From the IMG/VR virus record IMGVR_UViG_3300049142_000128, positions 13,128 to 77,127 of that record: DNA of 64,000 nt, one strand, 5' to 3'. Positions 63,631 through 64,000 of this stretch are shown in pieces; within the stretch, counting starts at the first letter, position 1, and each line of letters begins with the position of its first letter. The translations under genes and the position numbers were made by a program. The notes beneath the pieces were generated by a model that worked only from the letters and a program-made list of their open reading frames with translations, did no database searches and was not told the origin of the DNA. Source of the stretch: a virus. Lineage: Duplodnaviria > Caudoviricetes.

Positions 63631-63998
63631 CTCACGTCCGGGGTCATCGCGGGGGCCTCCGGGGGCGGTGCAGGTGGTCGTTCGAGTCGCGTGTCTAGCG
63701 ACTGGCCAGACACTAGACGATCACTTTCCGGGGGGCGAGCACCGAGGTCGTCTCGGCGGGGGGTGTCGAGTTCCGCGACGCGCCGGTGGAGCCGGGTGTG
63801 GTCCTGGGCGATGAGGGCGAGCGCGAACAGGGTCACCCAGGTGAGAGCGCCGTTGATGTTGCCGGCGAAGAGGGACAGGCAGGAGAAGGCGCCGGCGACG
63901 AAGGCGATGGCTCGCCAGAGCGCGAGGTTGATCCAGTAGTGCGCGGTCGCATGGTCGGGCAGCCGTCGGCGTGGCCGGCGGAGTTCGGGTGGGGTGGG
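63612..63998 (-). CDS. Membrane protein (start outside window)
   Basis: Frame open to the window edge; two hydrophobic helices. Confidence 0.5.
   Translation of the reverse strand, partial: PTPPELRRPRRRLPDHATAHYWINLALWRAIAFVAGAFSCLSLFAGNINGALTWVTLFALALIAQDHTRLHRRVAELDTPRRDDLGARPPESDRLVSGQSLDTRLERPPAPPPEAPAMTPDVRCRMPR
63685..63695 (-). promoter_or_regulatory. Late-region motif GACACGCGACT
   Basis: Perfect copy upstream of the terminase genes, but no clear -10 at 25-27 nt. Confidence 0.45.
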
Positions 63999-64000
63999 TG

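Larger units (their letters stand above)
1..64000. mobile_element. Temperate siphovirus-like actinophage genome segment (extends beyond both window ends)
   Basis: Integrase + att core, terminases, portal, protease, capsid, tail tube, tape measure, lysin and holin in canonical order; no host housekeeping genes seen. Confidence 0.95.

Noticed and set aside
1-64000. CRISPR array, rRNA, IS transposase, reverse transcriptase/DGR
   Set aside because: No regularly spaced repeat-spacer units, and no DDE or RT motifs recognised in any ORF by eye.

Overview
The whole window is part of one very GC-rich actinomycete temperate siphophage. A Pseudonocardiaceae/Streptomyces-like host is inferred from gene content only. 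Left end: a tyrosine integrase, followed by an apparently intact attP (45-bp 3' half of tRNA-Lys(UUU) with paired CTGCCCCA arm-type repeats on both sides). About 1.3-19.5 kb is an accessory region: ATP-dependent ligase; an ATP-grasp + PIMT (graspimiditide-type) RiPP cluster; an NsdA-like XRE regulator plus phosphotransferase; small genes behind repeated TTGAC/CAAGAG promoter-operators, including a TGT/DpdA-like enzyme and a HicA/HicB-like pair; and a Streptomyces-plasmid-type conjugation module (TraA-like, FtsK-type TraB, SpdA-like protein, and a clt-like 8-bp repeat array). About 19.5-63.6 kb is a minus-strand virion operon: terminases, portal-MuF fusion, prohead protease with an inserted 2H phosphoesterase, a methyltransferase + 3 glycosyltransferase cluster, capsid, tail, tape measure (apparent ATA start), fibres/depolymerases, class F sortase with substrate, CHAP endolysin and holin. 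An 11-bp motif (GACWCGCGWCT) recurs 11 times in the same orientation through this operon, mostly 25-27 nt before a -10-like hexamer. The most striking feature is an apparently complete tailed phage that also carries TraB/clt-type dsDNA conjugation machinery. All functional calls come from motif recognition by eye; no database searches were run.
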